Part shown: positions 62,483 through 64,000 of the stretch, piece after piece
How positions within the stretch are numbered: the stretch's first letter is position 1
How the letters are laid out: each line of letters begins with the position of its first letter
Source of the DNA: Antedon mediterranea
Lineage: Eukaryota; Animalia; Echinodermata
DNA: 64,000 bases
Reading direction: 5' to 3'
Assembly: GCF_964355755.1 (NCBI RefSeq)
Contig: NC_092677.1
Coordinates: forward strand, 5,044,101-5,108,100
The notes under the pieces: model-generated
The model's database searches: none
The model's input: the letters and a program-made list of their open reading frames with translations, nothing else
What the model was told of the DNA's origin: nothing
Position numbers and translations under genes: made by a program

Positions 62483-64000
62483 AATATTTTACAAGTGCGT
62501 AAAATATCGCAATGATCCATAAAATTATTAAAATAACACAGAACGTGTAGGCATAAAAGGGTAAGCCCCGCCATGTAGTCTCATCTCACACGATCGGCAC
62601 GCTCCCATAAGAGGAAGGCCCCCTGACTAATCACTCCGCGGTCGCACTAACGCGCTAGCTCACCAGAGGGAAACCCCCGTAATTACGCACCATCTGAAGA
62701 AGGGGAAACCCCGCCGGAGTCACTCCGACATTTTACGATGATATCAGTCACGTTCGAAATCGGTCGCGTTTATTTTGGTCACGATAAAATGATGTTACGA
62801 TCTAGATTATTTTTACTTTGGTCGATGAACATTTATTATTATTATATTAATAATTGATTTTTTTTTTATTTTACAGATCTATGAGAAAGATGTGTGCCTT
62901 AAAAAATGACAATTTGTAAAAATAGTTTAAGATTATAGTATAATTCGGCATAATGTCATTTAACAGTACATGTACTTATTTAAACGTGAAATATTTTATA
63001 GGGAACGTAGGCTACGTCTGCTACGTTTATTTATAAACATTCAGTTTACTATTAGTATTACAATGAACATTTGATTATAAGCCTGGAAAGGCAATCCCAT
63101 CATTATCCATTATATATATCACCACTATAAGTATATGTCGTAAATGATGACATGCGTGTGCGTATTCGTCGTACGTCCGTGTACGTATTATTCCGTGCCT
63201 CTTCACTGTCTTGTTTAATTTAAAACACCCGATATGAGGATATTTATTAGGTATGATAATTAGAATGTTCTATAACCAAAAGGGTTGAAAGGAATTTCTT
63301 CAGTAAAATGACCATTGTGCTGTTGATTAAAAGGCGACTCACAATTTGAAACCAATCTGTTTCCTCACAGCTGCTACGTCTTTCTGCGACCGTCAGGGAT
63401 TCCCCTTTTTAAAAAACACGCACACGACACGATGGTTTTTCCATGGTCAAAATGTAGCGTTTTAATTTTACTCAAATACCCGCATGTAAAACGATCATAT
63501 CAGCGATGAAATCCTTTTTTTTAGTATTTTTTATTTCTTCATTTTAAAAAGTCATAATAAAATTAAATAACAATAGACATACAGTAATATATAACTTCAA
63601 TAACGTCAATAAATGCAAAATGATCAATAAGTAGCCTATAACACTCATTACAACGCTGTTTGTTTTAACTAATTTAGGCCTGTACGAAGGCCTACTACAC
63701 ATTTACACATTTATTTAAATATGATCCTAAAAAAATGAGCTGGTATCCACTTGTAGGTTGAAGAAAGATGTGGCTCTGGTAACTAATTTTAAAATCATAT
63801 TATATTAACATTTTCGAAACTATAAATCAGGGATAAACTTGTTAGAACTTTCAAACAAGGAACTGTTTTTTTTAGTGATTTTAAAAAAGCACATTACTCC
63901 ATTAAAACCTGTAAAATAGAAATTAAAACACAAATTATGTATATTAAATAGGATAAACATTATAATGTATATGACAGTTAGCGCGACCAAAGTCTAGTAA

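Larger units (their letters stand above)
56883..64000. mobile_element. Large foldback element with >=1.5-kb inverted arms (right arm runs off the window)
   Basis: 60122-61633 is the near-exact reverse complement of 62491-64000. Left terminus GGATCCAGTCAAGTCGCCCC with AAGTCGCCCCAT subrepeats is interrupted by the LINE. Confidence 0.8.

Overview
AT-rich, intron-containing eukaryotic DNA, probably a marine invertebrate (echinoderm-like repeats; this is an inference). Hand-splicing with GT/AG sites and intron-phase checks gives a cluster of immunoglobulin-superfamily membrane-protein genes arranged as two head-to-head pairs. Genes A (minus, 1684-4647) and C (minus, 29488-32923) are short receptors: signal peptide, V, I/C2, C2, TM, and a tail with paired YxxL/I motifs (a canonical ITAM in C). 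Gene B (plus, 11547-27882, 25 exons, ~1499 aa) has a paralogous ectodomain and a TM. It continues into an Ig domain split by a Cys-rich/acidic insert, four more Ig domains, and a NEU2/3/4-type sialidase propeller lacking most catalytic residues. Gene D (plus, 34325-49507) is a paralog of B's post-TM part with a five-fold tandem Ig-exon expansion and no visible ectodomain. The remainder is repeats: TTAA MITEs, foldback elements, a minisatellite, a SINE, a nested LINE, a Penelope-type hammerhead ribozyme and WD40 pseudo-exons. All gene models are manual and lack transcript support.
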